From the NCBI GenBank assembly GCA_963804245.1, contig CAWDPQ010000006.1, positions 106,643-170,642 on the forward strand: a DNA stretch of 64,000 nt. Direction: 5' to 3'. The notes under the pieces were generated by a model, which ran no database searches, had not been told where the DNA came from, and worked only from the letters and a program-made list of their open reading frames with translations. The stretch comes from an uncultured Acidobacteriota bacterium. Lineage in GTDB: Bacteria > Acidobacteriota > Vicinamibacteria > Vicinamibacterales > 2-12-FULL-66-21. How positions within the stretch are numbered: position 1 is the stretch's first letter; the number at the start of each line of letters is the position of its first letter. Positions 40,292 to 49,998 of this stretch are shown in pieces. Both the position numbers and the translations under genes were made by a program.

Positions 40292-42727
40292 GTGGCCGTG
40301 CGTACTCTGCTGGCGGATTTGCACCAGAGCTTCAGACTTCTGACCCGAGCTCCAGGGTTCTCCACTCTGGCAGTCTTGATTCTGGCGAGCGGGATCGGCG
40401 CGGCGACGCTGATGTTCAGTCTCGTCCACGCCGCGCTGCTGCGCGCCTTGCCGTTCGACGATCCCGATCGCGTCGTGTGGATGTACAACCTCCGCACCGA
40501 ACGTGACAGGGCTCCGCTCTCCGCTCCCGACGTCGATGACTACCGACGTCAGGCGTCGAGCCTTGCCGCGCTGGCCGTGTTCACCAACTGGACCGCCAAT
40601 CTGACTGGAGTGGGTGTGCCGGAGCGACTTGAAGGCGCACGCATCTCTGGAAACTTCTTCGACCTGCTCGGCCTCCGTCCCTTCCTCGGACGTCCGATAC
40701 AGCCCGAAGACGAGGCAAGCGACGCGCGCGTCGTCGTGCTGACGCACGGGTTGTGGGTGCGGCGCTTCGGCAGCGACCGGCAGATCCTCGGGCGCGGTAT
40801 CTCGCTCAACGGATCCACCTATGCTGTGGTAGGCGTGCTGCCGCCCGCTTTCATGTTTCCGTTTCGTGACGCGGAATTGGCGGTGCCGATCAATCTGCGG
40901 AGCGATCCGAGACGAATGGATCGCGGCGCAAATTTCCTGCGCGTCCTCGCACGACTCGGGGACGGCATCACGATTCAACGGGCAAAGGCAGACCTCGACG
41001 CAATCGCGCACCGGTTGCAGATCCAGTACCCGAACGAGAACGCGCGCAAGACCGGCGTCAGCCTTTATCCCCTGCACACCGAGATCGTGAGGGACTACCG
41101 CAGCGTTCTGTGGACGCTGTTCGCCGCCGTCGGCGTCCTGCTGGCTGTCGGCTGCGGCAATCTCGCCAATCTGCTCCTGCTCCGTACCGCCGGTCGCCAG
41201 GCTGAGTTCGCCATCAGGCTATCGCTGGGCGCCTCTCGCGGTCGCCTGATTCGCCACCTGCTCGGCGAAGCGGTCGTAATCGCCGTCGTCAGCGGCGCAG
41301 CGGGGATTGGACTGGCCGCCATCGGGTTGACTGCCTGGCAGTTCTGGGGTCCGGCGAACTTTCCCCGGATGAACGAAACCGGATTGAATCTCGAGATCGT
41401 GGCTTTTGCGTTGGCGGTTTCCGCAGTGAGCGCACTCGCCTGTGGAACCGTGCCGGCGTGGTTCATTTCTGGCGAACTGGCGAGCGCGCTGCGCAGCTCG
41501 GCGCGCGCCATGACGAGTGGGCGCGGGTACGGCCGCTTACGGCGTTCTTTCGTGGGATTGCAGGTGGCCGCTTCAGCCGTGCTGCTCGTCGGTATGGGGC
41601 TGACGGTGCGGGGGTTTGCCCGCCTGGAGCGGGTTTCACCCGGATTCAGCCCGGACCAAGCCCTGTCGCTGCAGCTGTCGCTGCCGCCGCGATCCTACGC
41701 GGATCGCGAGGCACTCGTTCGCTTCTACGAAGCACTGAATGATCGACTGACCGCGATTCCTGGCCTCGAAGCGACCGGAGCGGTCTCGCTGCTCCCGTTG
41801 AGCGGCTTGCTGTCGACGATGGATATCGCGTTTCCGGATCGACCGCCGCCACCGCCAGACGAAGTTCCGCAGGCGCACTTCCGCCTGGCGACGCCTGGGT
41901 ACTTTGCCGCCGCCGGCATCATGGTGCATGCGGGACGCGCGTTCACCGACCACGATCGCGCCGATGGTCAGCCGGTCGCAGTCGTCAGCCGAACGCTGGC
42001 GGATCGTCATTGGCCAGGCGAACTCGCTGTGGGGAAGTTCGTCCGACTGGTGCAGTCCGGTGCTTCGGTTCCGATGGAGATCGTCGGCGTGGTGAGTGAC
42101 GTCAAACACTTCACGCTGGACGGACCTTCGACGGCCGATCTGTATGTGCCGCTGCGACAGATGCCGAGCTCTCAAAGCTCGTTCCTGGCCGCCCGGATGT
42201 TCTGGGTCATCCGGGCGCCCGGCGAGTCCTCCCAACTCATACCGGCCATCCGCGATGCTGTACTCCAGGTGGATCCCGGAGTCGCGGCCTCGAGCGCGCG
42301 GACATTGGGGAGGGTGGTGTCGACATCGCTTGGCGCCCGGCGGGTCAACGTCTGGTTGCTGGAGATCTTCGGCCAGGTTGCCACGGCGTTGTGTGCGATC
42401 GGCGTGTATGGCGTCGCCGCCTTCTCCACCCGAACCAGGCGTCGTGAGCTCGCCATTCGCGGCGCGCTCGGCGCCCGCGGCCGGGATTTGTCTGCGCTCA
42501 TGTTTCGCGGTGAACTGCTGCCCGTGGCGATCGGAGTCTGCAGCGGCCTCGCCTGCGCGTACGTGGGTGCGCCGTATCTTTTTGCGACTCCGTTCGAAAC
42601 CGATCCGCGGGACGTCGCGATCTACCTCGCGGTAGGCGCCGGACTTCTGAGCATCGCGGCCCTCGCGATCTATCTGCCCGCGCGGGGAGCGCGCTCGGTG
42701 AATCCCCAGGAGGCGCTGCGCGTGTGA
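40292..42727 (+). CDS. ADOP-family duplicated ABC permease (MacB/FtsX-like), intact
   Basis: LLADLHQSFRLLTRAPGFSTLAVLILASGIGAATLMFSLVHAALLRALPFDDPDRVVWM. There are two MacB_PCD-like plus FtsX modules. The tail is IYLPARGARSVNPQEALRV. 811 aa without interruption. Confidence 0.85.
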   Translation: MAVRTLLADLHQSFRLLTRAPGFSTLAVLILASGIGAATLMFSLVHAALLRALPFDDPDRVVWMYNLRTERDRAPLSAPDVDDYRRQASSLAALAVFTNWTANLTGVGVPERLEGARISGNFFDLLGLRPFLGRPIQPEDEASDARVVVLTHGLWVRRFGSDRQILGRGISLNGSTYAVVGVLPPAFMFPFRDAELAVPINLRSDPRRMDRGANFLRVLARLGDGITIQRAKADLDAIAHRLQIQYPNENARKTGVSLYPLHTEIVRDYRSVLWTLFAAVGVLLAVGCGNLANLLLLRTAGRQAEFAIRLSLGASRGRLIRHLLGEAVVIAVVSGAAGIGLAAIGLTAWQFWGPANFPRMNETGLNLEIVAFALAVSAVSALACGTVPAWFISGELASALRSSARAMTSGRGYGRLRRSFVGLQVAASAVLLVGMGLTVRGFARLERVSPGFSPDQALSLQLSLPPRSYADREALVRFYEALNDRLTAIPGLEATGAVSLLPLSGLLSTMDIAFPDRPPPPPDEVPQAHFRLATPGYFAAAGIMVHAGRAFTDHDRADGQPVAVVSRTLADRHWPGELAVGKFVRLVQSGASVPMEIVGVVSDVKHFTLDGPSTADLYVPLRQMPSSQSSFLAARMFWVIRAPGESSQLIPAIRDAVLQVDPGVAASSARTLGRVVSTSLGARRVNVWLLEIFGQVATALCAIGVYGVAAFSTRTRRRELAIRGALGARGRDLSALMFRGELLPVAIGVCSGLACAYVGAPYLFATPFETDPRDVAIYLAVGAGLLSIAALAIYLPARGARSVNPQEALRV

Positions 42728-42784
42728 CGCGTTCAGCAGCTCCGCGGATTCGGCATCTGTGCGAAAGCTGATACCCTACGCGGT

Positions 42785-43960
42785 TTGAAGCGACTCGCTT
42801 TGTTGTCGACCGTCCAGCCGCTCGACTGGCTGCTGCTGGCGGCACCCGCTGCGCTGGCCATCAAGTTCGTGCCCGGATGGCAGAACGATACGCTGCTCTT
42901 TGCCATCGCCGCGCTCGCCGTGATCCCGCTCGCGGGCTGGCTCGGACGCGCCACCGAGCAGCTGGCCGAGCGGGCGGGCCCCGGTGTCGGTGGGCTGCTC
43001 AACGCCACCTTCGGCAATGCGGCCGAGCTCATCATCGGCCTGCTCGCCTTGTCGCACGGCCTGATCGGCGTGGTGAAAGCGTCGATCACCGGTTCGATCA
43101 TCGGCAACATCCTGCTCGTGCTGGGGGCGTCGATGCTGGCCGGCGGCTTCCGCTTCTCGCGCCAGCGGTTCAATCAAACGGCAGCGCGGGTGTCGTCGAC
43201 CTCACTCACGCTGGCAGCCATCGGTCTGATCATTCCAACGATCTTTCACCTGGCGGCCGACCAGCAGCCGGGTGGATGGTCGCCACAAGCCGAGCAGCGG
43301 CTGTCCGTGGCCATTGCCGCGGTGCTCTTCGTGACCTATGTGCTGTCGCTGGTTTTTTCGCTCGTGACGCACAAAGATCTCTTTGCCGGCGATGCACCTG
43401 CGGCCGGCCAGAGCAAAGGACATCGTGCCCCGACCTGGTCGGTGACCAAATCGCTCATCGTGCTCACGGTATCCACCGTGCTCGTTGCGATCATGAGCGA
43501 ACTGCTCGTCGGCTCGGTGGAATCAGCACGTCAAGGACTCGGGCTGACCGAAGTGTTCGTCGGCGTGATTGTCGTCGCCATCATCGGCAACGCCGCCGAG
43601 CACTCCACGGCGATTTCGGTGGCGCTCAAGAACAAAATGGATCTGAGTCTCGGAATTGCGATCGGCTCGAGCCTGCAAATCGCACTCTTCGTGACGCCCG
43701 CGCTCGTGTTTGCGTCGTACTTGTTTGGACGGCCGATGAACCTCGAGTTCTCGTTCCCGGAAATTGCGGCCGTTGTGCTGTCGGTGTGGATTGTCGGAGA
43801 AATCAGTGGGGATGGAGAATGTAACTGGCTCGAAGGCGCGCAACTCCTCTCCGTCTACGTGATCATCGCCATCCTGTTCTTCTTCCTGCCTGAGCCATCA
43901 CACGTCACACAACCGGTAACGACTCAAGGCGTGACCGGCGCGGTCAGCGCGCCGCGGTGA
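42785..43960 (+). CDS. Ca2+/H+ antiporter (CAX/ChaA family)
   Basis: The two alpha-repeat signatures are [20 protein letters not shown] and [31 protein letters not shown]. About 11 TM segments. Confidence 0.85.
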   Translation: MKRLALLSTVQPLDWLLLAAPAALAIKFVPGWQNDTLLFAIAALAVIPLAGWLGRATEQLAERAGPGVGGLLNATFGNAAELIIGLLALSHGLIGVVKASITGSIIGNILLVLGASMLAGGFRFSRQRFNQTAARVSSTSLTLAAIGLIIPTIFHLAADQQPGGWSPQAEQRLSVAIAAVLFVTYVLSLVFSLVTHKDLFAGDAPAAGQSKGHRAPTWSVTKSLIVLTVSTVLVAIMSELLVGSVESARQGLGLTEVFVGVIVVAIIGNAAEHSTAISVALKNKMDLSLGIAIGSSLQIALFVTPALVFASYLFGRPMNLEFSFPEIAAVVLSVWIVGEISGDGECNWLEGAQLLSVYVIIAILFFFLPEPSHVTQPVTTQGVTGAVSAPR

Positions 43961-43970
43961 AACGCTGAAA

Positions 43971-44010
43971 CGAAGGAAGGTCCAATCGCTTGGACCCTCC
44001 CGTGAAAGAC
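43971..44010 (+). repeat. 40-nt hairpin element, copy 1
   Basis: CGAAGGAAGGTCCAatcgctTGGACCCTCCCGTGAAAGAC, with a stem of 9/10 bp. It lies between the convergent stops of the CAX gene and the 44022 gene. Confidence 0.6.
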
Positions 44011-44021
44011 GCACACGAATC

Positions 44022-44726
44022 CTATTTGGGCATCACGCGATCCGCGATGGTGTCGCGGTGGAACGCCGAGTGCTGGCGAACATCCGCCCAGCCGCCGGCC
44101 GCCGCCGGCGAGCTGGCCGCCTGCATGCGATCGGTCCCGAAATCCTGCCACGAGTTGTAGCGAGTAATCGTCAGGTACTGCCAGGCACCACCTTCGATGT
44201 GCTGCATGAGCAGCTCACCCGTTTGGATTTTGCCGGCGGCTGGTGGCGCCGCAGAAAGCGACTTCTCGAGCTGATCACGATGGCCGGGCACAGCGCGATG
44301 CACGGCGACCACGTAGACCTGGCCGCCAGCTCCTGACCCACCCATGCCCATCGCTTTGGTGAAGTCGCCCCACGACGGTCCGCTCACGAAGCTGTCGTCG
44401 TGCCAGGCGCTCAAGTCGCGCGCCGGATTCGCCGGCGGCGGCGTCGCTTCGATCGCCGCCTTTGGTCCAAGGTGATGGATCAGGCAGAAGTCCCAGTCAT
44501 CACCCTCCTGGTGGCGAAGCAACACGAAGTGGTCTGGCATCGGCGAGTTGGGGGGCGCCGTTAACAGCGTTTTCCCGAGCGCGTCGGCCTGGCCGGGCGC
44601 AGCCTTCATGAAGAGCACGCTATACACATCCGTCCTGCCCGCGGGCGCTTGCGCCTGGGGGGTGACGGGCATCGCAGTGACGACCCCGACGCAACACAGC
44701 AAACAGCGAACAACGAACAACCTCAT
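44022..44726 (-). CDS. Hypothetical exported protein with two tandem ~100-aa repeats
   Basis: AGGAGGATGT precedes the ATG at 44726. Signal peptide is MRLFVVRCLLCCVGVVTAMPVTPQAQA. The two halves are similar (VYSVLFMKAAPGQADALGKTL... / VYVVAVHRAVPGHRDQLEKSL...). No family recognised. Confidence 0.5.
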   Translation of the reverse strand: MRLFVVRCLLCCVGVVTAMPVTPQAQAPAGRTDVYSVLFMKAAPGQADALGKTLLTAPPNSPMPDHFVLLRHQEGDDWDFCLIHHLGPKAAIEATPPPANPARDLSAWHDDSFVSGPSWGDFTKAMGMGGSGAGGQVYVVAVHRAVPGHRDQLEKSLSAAPPAAGKIQTGELLMQHIEGGAWQYLTITRYNSWQDFGTDRMQAASSPAAAGGWADVRQHSAFHRDTIADRVMPK

Positions 44727-44870
44727 ACATCCTCCTCGTGACGACGAAACGATCGCGCTTCGAGCGACCGCCAATTTGTTGCAAGCTCAGCTTTAGCGGG
44801 GCACACGGTATCACGGACTTGAACAACGATGCGGAAAATTGGCTCGGAAAGTGAGGAGGCGGGTTGGGGG

Positions 44871-44914
44871 CGAAGGGAAAAGGTCCACCTCTGGACCCTT
44901 TCCCACGTGAAGAC
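44871..44914 (+). repeat. 40-nt hairpin element, copy 2
   Basis: CGAAGGGAAAAGGTCCAcctcTGGACCCTTTCCCACGTGAAGAC, with a stem of 12/13 bp. Orientation and flanks (CGAAGG ... CGTGAA(A)GAC) match copy 1. Confidence 0.6.
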
Positions 44915-44931
44915 TGTCGAGCTCGCGTGTG

Positions 44932-45405
44932 TTACGCGTTCTGTCCACTCATGGCGTTTGCAGCCCGGCGCTCCATCTCGTCTGGCGCGACGTCTTCGAC
45001 GTGCGTGGCGACGCTCCACCGGTGGCCGAACGGATCCTCGAACTGCCCCGAGCGGTCGCCGTAGAACTGGGTCTCCACCGCGCGCACCGACTTCGCACCG
45101 GCCGCGACGGCTCGATTGAACACGGCGTCCACGTCCTCGACATACACGCTGATGGTGACCGGCGTTCCGCCAATCGCGCGCGGACTGCGAATGTCCATCT
45201 CCGGGTATTCGTCCGCCAGCATGATCACCGAGTCGCCGAACTGCAGCTCGGCATGGCCGATCCGGCCGTCGGGCGCGGGCATGCGCATGCGCTCGGTCGC
45301 GCCGAATACGGACTTGTAAAATTCAAGTGCCGCGGTCCCGCCATTGACACAGAGGTAGGGACTCACTCGTGGATAGCCGTCGGGAATTGGTTTGACTGGC
45401 GACAT
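44932..45405 (-). CDS. VOC-family (glyoxalase/PhnB-like) protein
   Basis: IPDGYPRVSPYLCVNGGTAALEFYKSVFGA...GRIGHAELQFGDSVIMLADEYP...FYGDRSGQFEDPFGHRWSV. GGAGG lies upstream of the ATG. Confidence 0.8.
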   Translation of the reverse strand: MSPVKPIPDGYPRVSPYLCVNGGTAALEFYKSVFGATERMRMPAPDGRIGHAELQFGDSVIMLADEYPEMDIRSPRAIGGTPVTISVYVEDVDAVFNRAVAAGAKSVRAVETQFYGDRSGQFEDPFGHRWSVATHVEDVAPDEMERRAANAMSGQNA

Positions 45406-45613
45406 AGGACCTCCAATCGCTCCGCCGATTGCGGAACAGAGGAAGCGCCCATCGTACTACTCCACCAAGCCGGCGGCACGACGAAAGTCAGGCCGCTCAG
45501 CGGCGCTTCAAGAGCTCGGGGTAGGCTTTCCGTAGATGTTCGAGCTTCGGCAAGTCGTTGTGAACAACGTAGGGGTAGCTCGGATTGCGGGCGATGAACC
45601 ATCATGTACGCGA

Positions 45614-46981
45614 ATGTCCGAGCGGTGGCTCTGGTTCTTCATCCTGTTGGGATCGGCGCTTTCGCTCGCGCTCTCCTACGAGATCGCGACCCAATCCTTG
45701 AGGCTGGGCTCGCTCGAATGGGGTTGGACGTACAGCTACGCCGCCAGATTCTCATCGCGTCCGGTCGGAGCCGCGCTGATCGTCAGCGGCATCGCTGTCG
45801 CACTCCTGCTCCTCACCGGCGGTTTTTCCCAAGCCGGCAGGCACCGTCAATGGCTGATCGTGGCTGCGTGGATCGCTCTGGCGACGCCGCTGCAGGCGCT
45901 GATGCGATCTTTGACGCCATCCGATCTCGAGAGCATCTTCCTCAGCGACGCGGCAAATTCCTTCTACAGCGTCACCCAGGAGTACGGAGCGCGCAAAGTG
46001 CTCAGCGACTTCAACGACGTTCGATCCAGCTGGCCTTTGCACGCGCAGAGCAACATGCCGGGGAAGCTGATGCTCCTCTACGCGCTGCAGCTCGTGACAA
46101 CCAGCCCCAGCGTCCTGCCCTGGATGATCGTCTTCGTGTCCAATCTCGGTGCCGCGCTGATCTACTTGTTCACGCGGGATCTGTTCGACGATGGCCGGGT
46201 CGCGCTCATCTCGGCCATCCTCTACCTCTTCGTGCCGGCGAAGATTTTCTTCTTCCCGCTGCTGAACACGGTGACGCCGGTGCTCATCGTCGGATGCGCC
46301 TGGCTGCTATTGCGGATGCTGCAGACCAGACAACAACGCTACGCCGCACTGCTCGGAACCGCGTTGTATGCCGTCGCCTTCTTCGAGCCGCTGCCGCTCG
46401 TCATGGGTCTGTTGTTTGCAGCGCTCGTCGCCCGCGCCCTCTGGTTGGGCATGATCTCCGGGCGCGAGCTGGTCGAACACCTCGGCGTCGGCTGTGTGGC
46501 TTTCACCACCAGCTACGCCGCCATGTATCTCTGGTTTGGATTCGATCTCGTCGACGCCTTCCGCCGGATCGGCTCGCATGCCGTCGAGTTCAACGTCCAG
46601 AACGCGCGGCCGTACGAGGTGTGGCTCACTGAGAATCTGCGGGAGTTTGTCGTCGGGATGGGTGTCTGTCAGGCGGTCGTGTTTTTCGCGGCGCTGCTCG
46701 ACGGGCTCTGCAGTCGGGGCAATTGGCGTACGCGGCTGACGCGTCCCATCACGACGCTCTGTCTTGGTCTGATCGCGGTGATCGCGGTCACCGATCTCAT
46801 CGGTGTAAACCGTGGGGAGGTGATCCGCTTGTGGATCTTTCTCACGTGCATGTTCCAGATTCCGGCCGCCTACGTCTGTATCAGGCTTCAGAGTCAGACA
46901 GCTGTCGTGCTGCTGCTCGCCTGCACGGTGCTCCAGGCGGCGCTTGGAACGGCAATGATCGCCTTCCTGATCACCAGCTAG
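45614..46981 (+). CDS. Polytopic integral membrane protein, possibly GT-C/PMT_2-like glycosyltransferase
   Basis: About 455 aa from MSERWLWFFILLG, with >10 hydrophobic segments. The segment GKLMLLYALQLV...NLGAALIYLFTRDLFDDGRVALISAILYLFVPA is reminiscent of ArnT/PMT-type enzymes. The functional call is tentative. Confidence 0.45.
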   Translation: MSERWLWFFILLGSALSLALSYEIATQSLRLGSLEWGWTYSYAARFSSRPVGAALIVSGIAVALLLLTGGFSQAGRHRQWLIVAAWIALATPLQALMRSLTPSDLESIFLSDAANSFYSVTQEYGARKVLSDFNDVRSSWPLHAQSNMPGKLMLLYALQLVTTSPSVLPWMIVFVSNLGAALIYLFTRDLFDDGRVALISAILYLFVPAKIFFFPLLNTVTPVLIVGCAWLLLRMLQTRQQRYAALLGTALYAVAFFEPLPLVMGLLFAALVARALWLGMISGRELVEHLGVGCVAFTTSYAAMYLWFGFDLVDAFRRIGSHAVEFNVQNARPYEVWLTENLREFVVGMGVCQAVVFFAALLDGLCSRGNWRTRLTRPITTLCLGLIAVIAVTDLIGVNRGEVIRLWIFLTCMFQIPAAYVCIRLQSQTAVVLLLACTVLQAALGTAMIAFLITS

Positions 46982-46987
46982 GTCTAC

Positions 46988-47527
46988 TCAGCGCGCCGGA
47001 ATGGTCCACAGGAACAGCTCCGTTCCATCCCCTTCGGCTTTCACCGTCCGTTCGGGCGGCCAATCCCCGATGCGGAACTGGTGCGAGACAATGCGTGTGC
47101 CTGGTCGGAGCTCACGTTTCAGCTTCGCCTCGAGCTGCCGGTTCACACTCGTTGACAGGTACAAGGTCACGACCGTCGCTCCCGAAATGTCGGCGGTGAA
47201 GAGGTCGCCCTCGATGAAGGTCACCTTGTCCGACACTTCGGCTTCGCGGGCAACCTGCCGAGAGATCGCCACCAGCCTGGGATCGATCTCGATCCCGACG
47301 CCTCGCGCACCGTACTTCTGCGCAGCGAGGACGACGATGCGGCCGTCACCGGAGCCGAGATCGTAGACGACGTCCTCACCCGTGACGCCGGCGAGCTGCA
47401 GCATTTCGTAGACGACCGGCTCCCAGGTCGGCGCGAAGAACATGTCCGGTGTCCGGGCTGGCCGCTGCGCGAACACCGCAGCGCCGGTCAGCAGTACGCC
47501 CACGAACAGACTCGCCATGCTGGGCAT
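46988..47527 (-). CDS. Class I SAM-dependent methyltransferase with N-terminal signal-like peptide
   Basis: GGGAGA precedes the ATG at 47527. N-terminus is MPSMASLFVGVLLTGAAVFAQ, and the SAM motif I is VVYDLGSGDGRIVVLAA. Only the last 179 codons of the 652-aa track ORF are credible. Confidence 0.75.
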   Translation of the reverse strand: MPSMASLFVGVLLTGAAVFAQRPARTPDMFFAPTWEPVVYEMLQLAGVTGEDVVYDLGSGDGRIVVLAAQKYGARGVGIEIDPRLVAISRQVAREAEVSDKVTFIEGDLFTADISGATVVTLYLSTSVNRQLEAKLKRELRPGTRIVSHQFRIGDWPPERTVKAEGDGTELFLWTIPAR

Positions 47528-47575
47528 GATTTTCTCCCAGACTACCTCGATGCAGACTGTGGTAGTGTCCCGCGC

Positions 47576-48427
47576 ATGAAAACTCCAGAAGCCTTCCCCC
47601 GGCGGACATTCCTGGCTATGGCTGGCGCTCTGCCGCTCGCGGTCTCGGCCTGGGCGCAGGCGAAAAAAGTGCCCGTCGGGCTCGAGCTCTACTCGGTCCG
47701 CGATGATCTGATGAAGGATCTCCCCGGCACTGTCACCGCCGTCGCGAAGATGGGCTATCAAGTGGTTGAGTTCTACTCGCCATATTTCGACTGGACGGTC
47801 GACAAGGCCAAGGAAGTGCGAAAGCTGCTCGACGATCTGGGCATCAAGTGCCTGTCCACGCACAATGGCGGGCAGTCGCTGGGCGACGGTCTCCCCAAGG
47901 CCATCGAGCTCAATCAGATCATCGGCAGCAAGTACATCGTCCAGGCCAGTCCAGGCAAGATCGCGGGACTCGATGGCTGGAAGGCCCTCGCCGATCGTCT
48001 GTCGGCGGCGTCTGAAAAATTGAAGCCGCTCGGCATGGCCGCCGGTTTCCACAACCATCAGCTGGAATGGCAACCGGTGGAAGGAAAGCGCCCGATGGAC
48101 ATTCTTGCGGCGAACACGCCGAAGGACGTCGTCCTGCAGCTCGACTGCGGGACGTGCGTCGAAGCCGGCGCGGATCCTGTCGCCTGGATCAAGGCCAACC
48201 CGGGGCGGATCAAGAGCACGCACTTGAAGGACTGGGGGAAAGGGGAGGGACGCGGCTACGCCGTGGCGTTCGGCGAGGGCGACGTGCCGTGGAAGGCGCT
48301 CCTCGATGCCGCAGAAGGCATCGGGGGCGTTGAATACCACCTCATCGAACAGGAAGTCAGCGCGCCAGGAGGAGCATTCGCGATGGCGCAGCGATGTCTC
48401 GAGAACTACAAGAAGATGAGGGGATAA
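47576..48427 (+). CDS. Sugar phosphate isomerase/epimerase (xylose-isomerase-like TIM barrel) with Tat signal
   Basis: FPRRTFLAMAGALPLAVSAWAQA leader. The body reads GLELYSVRDDL...GYQVVEFYSPYF...FHNHQLEW...HLKDW. Confidence 0.8.
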   Translation: MKTPEAFPRRTFLAMAGALPLAVSAWAQAKKVPVGLELYSVRDDLMKDLPGTVTAVAKMGYQVVEFYSPYFDWTVDKAKEVRKLLDDLGIKCLSTHNGGQSLGDGLPKAIELNQIIGSKYIVQASPGKIAGLDGWKALADRLSAASEKLKPLGMAAGFHNHQLEWQPVEGKRPMDILAANTPKDVVLQLDCGTCVEAGADPVAWIKANPGRIKSTHLKDWGKGEGRGYAVAFGEGDVPWKALLDAAEGIGGVEYHLIEQEVSAPGGAFAMAQRCLENYKKMRG

Positions 48428-48455
48428 CGTGCGACGTGCGATGTGCGACGTGCGA
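48428..48455 (+). repeat. 4 x 7-nt tandem array (CGTGCGA)
   Basis: cgtgcga cgtgcga tgtgcga cgtgcga. It starts directly after the isomerase TAA stop and overlaps the longest possible ROK start. Confidence 0.7.
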
Positions 48456-49513
48456 CCTGTTGGGGAACTTCGTTGACTGTCGTCGCTGGTATCGATCTCG
48501 GCGGAACGGCCATCAACTACACGTTCCTGGATGACCAGGGACGTTGGCTGATCGAAGCGCTGTGCGAGCATCCAGCGCGAGCCAAGGAGGGACCGGCGAT
48601 CTGTCTCCAGCAGATTGCCGATGGTCTTGAAATCGCCGCCGCGAAGGCTGGCATCGGCGTGGCGGATGTTGTCGCGGTCGGATTGGACACCCCCGGACCA
48701 GCCACAGCGTCGGGCGTGCTGAGCGCGCGCGGGTCCACGAACTTCGTCCACCCGCAGTGGGCCGGCTTCGATATCCGGGAGGGGCTCGAGCGGAAGCTGG
48801 GGAAGCCGGTCTCGTATCTCAACGACGGCAATGCCGGGGCGCTCTGGGGACACTTCGCCATTTTCGGCGCCGATCAGCCCGCCACGTCGGTCTCGGCGAT
48901 CGTCGGCACGGGTCTCGGCGGCGGCGTGGTCCTGGATGGCAACCATGTCGTGACCGGGCGCAAGGGCTTCGGCGGCGAATTAGGGCACGTGCTGATTCCC
49001 TATCAGAGCATTTCCGCAATCGCCGGCCTCACGCCTCGCTGCAATTGCGGGCGGATCGGCGATCTGGAGTCGCTCTGTTCGCTCACGGCCATCGGCAGGA
49101 ACCTGCTGCCATTCTTCCTGGCGCGCTATCCGGATCACGAGCTGGCCCGGGTTGGTGACACCTCCCACGCTGCCAAACAGGTCCGCGGCCGCGCCGAACG
49201 CGGCGACGCGATGTGCCTCGACATCTTCCGCGTCCAGGCGCACGCCCTGGGACTGTTTTTCGATGAGATGATCAACACCTTCGATCCCGACGCGCTCATC
49301 GTTGGTGGAGGCGCCGTCGAGACGAGCCCGGAATTTCAGCGCTGGTTCATCAGCGAAATCCGACTCGGCATGCCTCCTCAGCGCGAAGAACAAGCCGACA
49401 TTCCGATTCACGTGATGCCGAACGGCGACGCCGCGAGCGCGCGCGGCGCCGCCATCGAAGCGCGGAAGCTGGTTAAAGCTCTTGCGACCTCGGCACGCGT
49501 CGGCGGTCAGTAG
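48443..49513 (+). CDS. ROK-family sugar kinase/regulator-like protein
   Basis: VAGIDLGGTAINYTF...YLNDGNAGALWG...GGELGH...CNCGRIGDLES (ROK zinc motif). The start is either GTG 48443 or TTG 48473. Confidence 0.8.
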   Translation: MRRATCWGTSLTVVAGIDLGGTAINYTFLDDQGRWLIEALCEHPARAKEGPAICLQQIADGLEIAAAKAGIGVADVVAVGLDTPGPATASGVLSARGSTNFVHPQWAGFDIREGLERKLGKPVSYLNDGNAGALWGHFAIFGADQPATSVSAIVGTGLGGGVVLDGNHVVTGRKGFGGELGHVLIPYQSISAIAGLTPRCNCGRIGDLESLCSLTAIGRNLLPFFLARYPDHELARVGDTSHAAKQVRGRAERGDAMCLDIFRVQAHALGLFFDEMINTFDPDALIVGGGAVETSPEFQRWFISEIRLGMPPQREEQADIPIHVMPNGDAASARGAAIEARKLVKALATSARVGGQ

Positions 49514-49727
49514 CACGCCGGGCGGTGATGACCGATGGGGCTGAGGCAACGCCGAGCTCGCGTTCGGCCGCGAGCCAATCCTCCAATTCCCGTCCGTGCT
49601 CGCATCCCCGTTCCAGGAACAACTGATACGCCCGCGCGGCGATGGCGTCGGCGCCCGGCGAAGGCTGTGAAGAAACCTCGACGGCTGCCGACCGAATCTT
49701 GCGTACACCCACTTTCTTCTCGGACAT
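49473..49727 (-). CDS. DUF2934 domain-containing protein
   Basis: AIAARAYQLFLERGCEHGRELEDWLAAEREL matches the DUF2934 signature. It overlaps the ROK 3-prime end tail to tail. Confidence 0.6.
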   Translation of the reverse strand: MSEKKVGVRKIRSAAVEVSSQPSPGADAIAARAYQLFLERGCEHGRELEDWLAAERELGVASAPSVITARRATDRRRVPRSQEL

Positions 49728-49998
49728 TGAAACGACTCCTCCAACGAAAATTCGTGATTTCCAATTAGTTTAGCAAGAAGACTGCCCCTGAGCGCGCGAG
49801 AAATTCGAACATTTGCCCGTTGACCTTAGACATTTGTGTAAACAACGCGACTCAATACAACAGGAATGTAGGGCGTTGTACCGAATCGCCTACGCGATCG
49901 GCGGATCGAGTTTGCAGCGGAGGGCCATTGTTCGACAAAAACGTCGCGGTGCACGCGGATCAAGACATCCGTGTAGCTCGCAACCGCGGCGAGCGCTC

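Noticed and set aside
43971-44914. Integron-type gene cassette with attC sites
   Set aside because: The hairpins lack the RYYYAAC/GTTRRRY core sites. No intI gene or cassette array is present.
47528-48946. N-terminal 470 codons of the 652-aa minus-strand ORF 46988..48946
   Set aside because: This part is antisense to the well-supported isomerase and ROK genes. Only the last 179 codons form a credible gene, a methyltransferase with an RBS and ATG at 47527.
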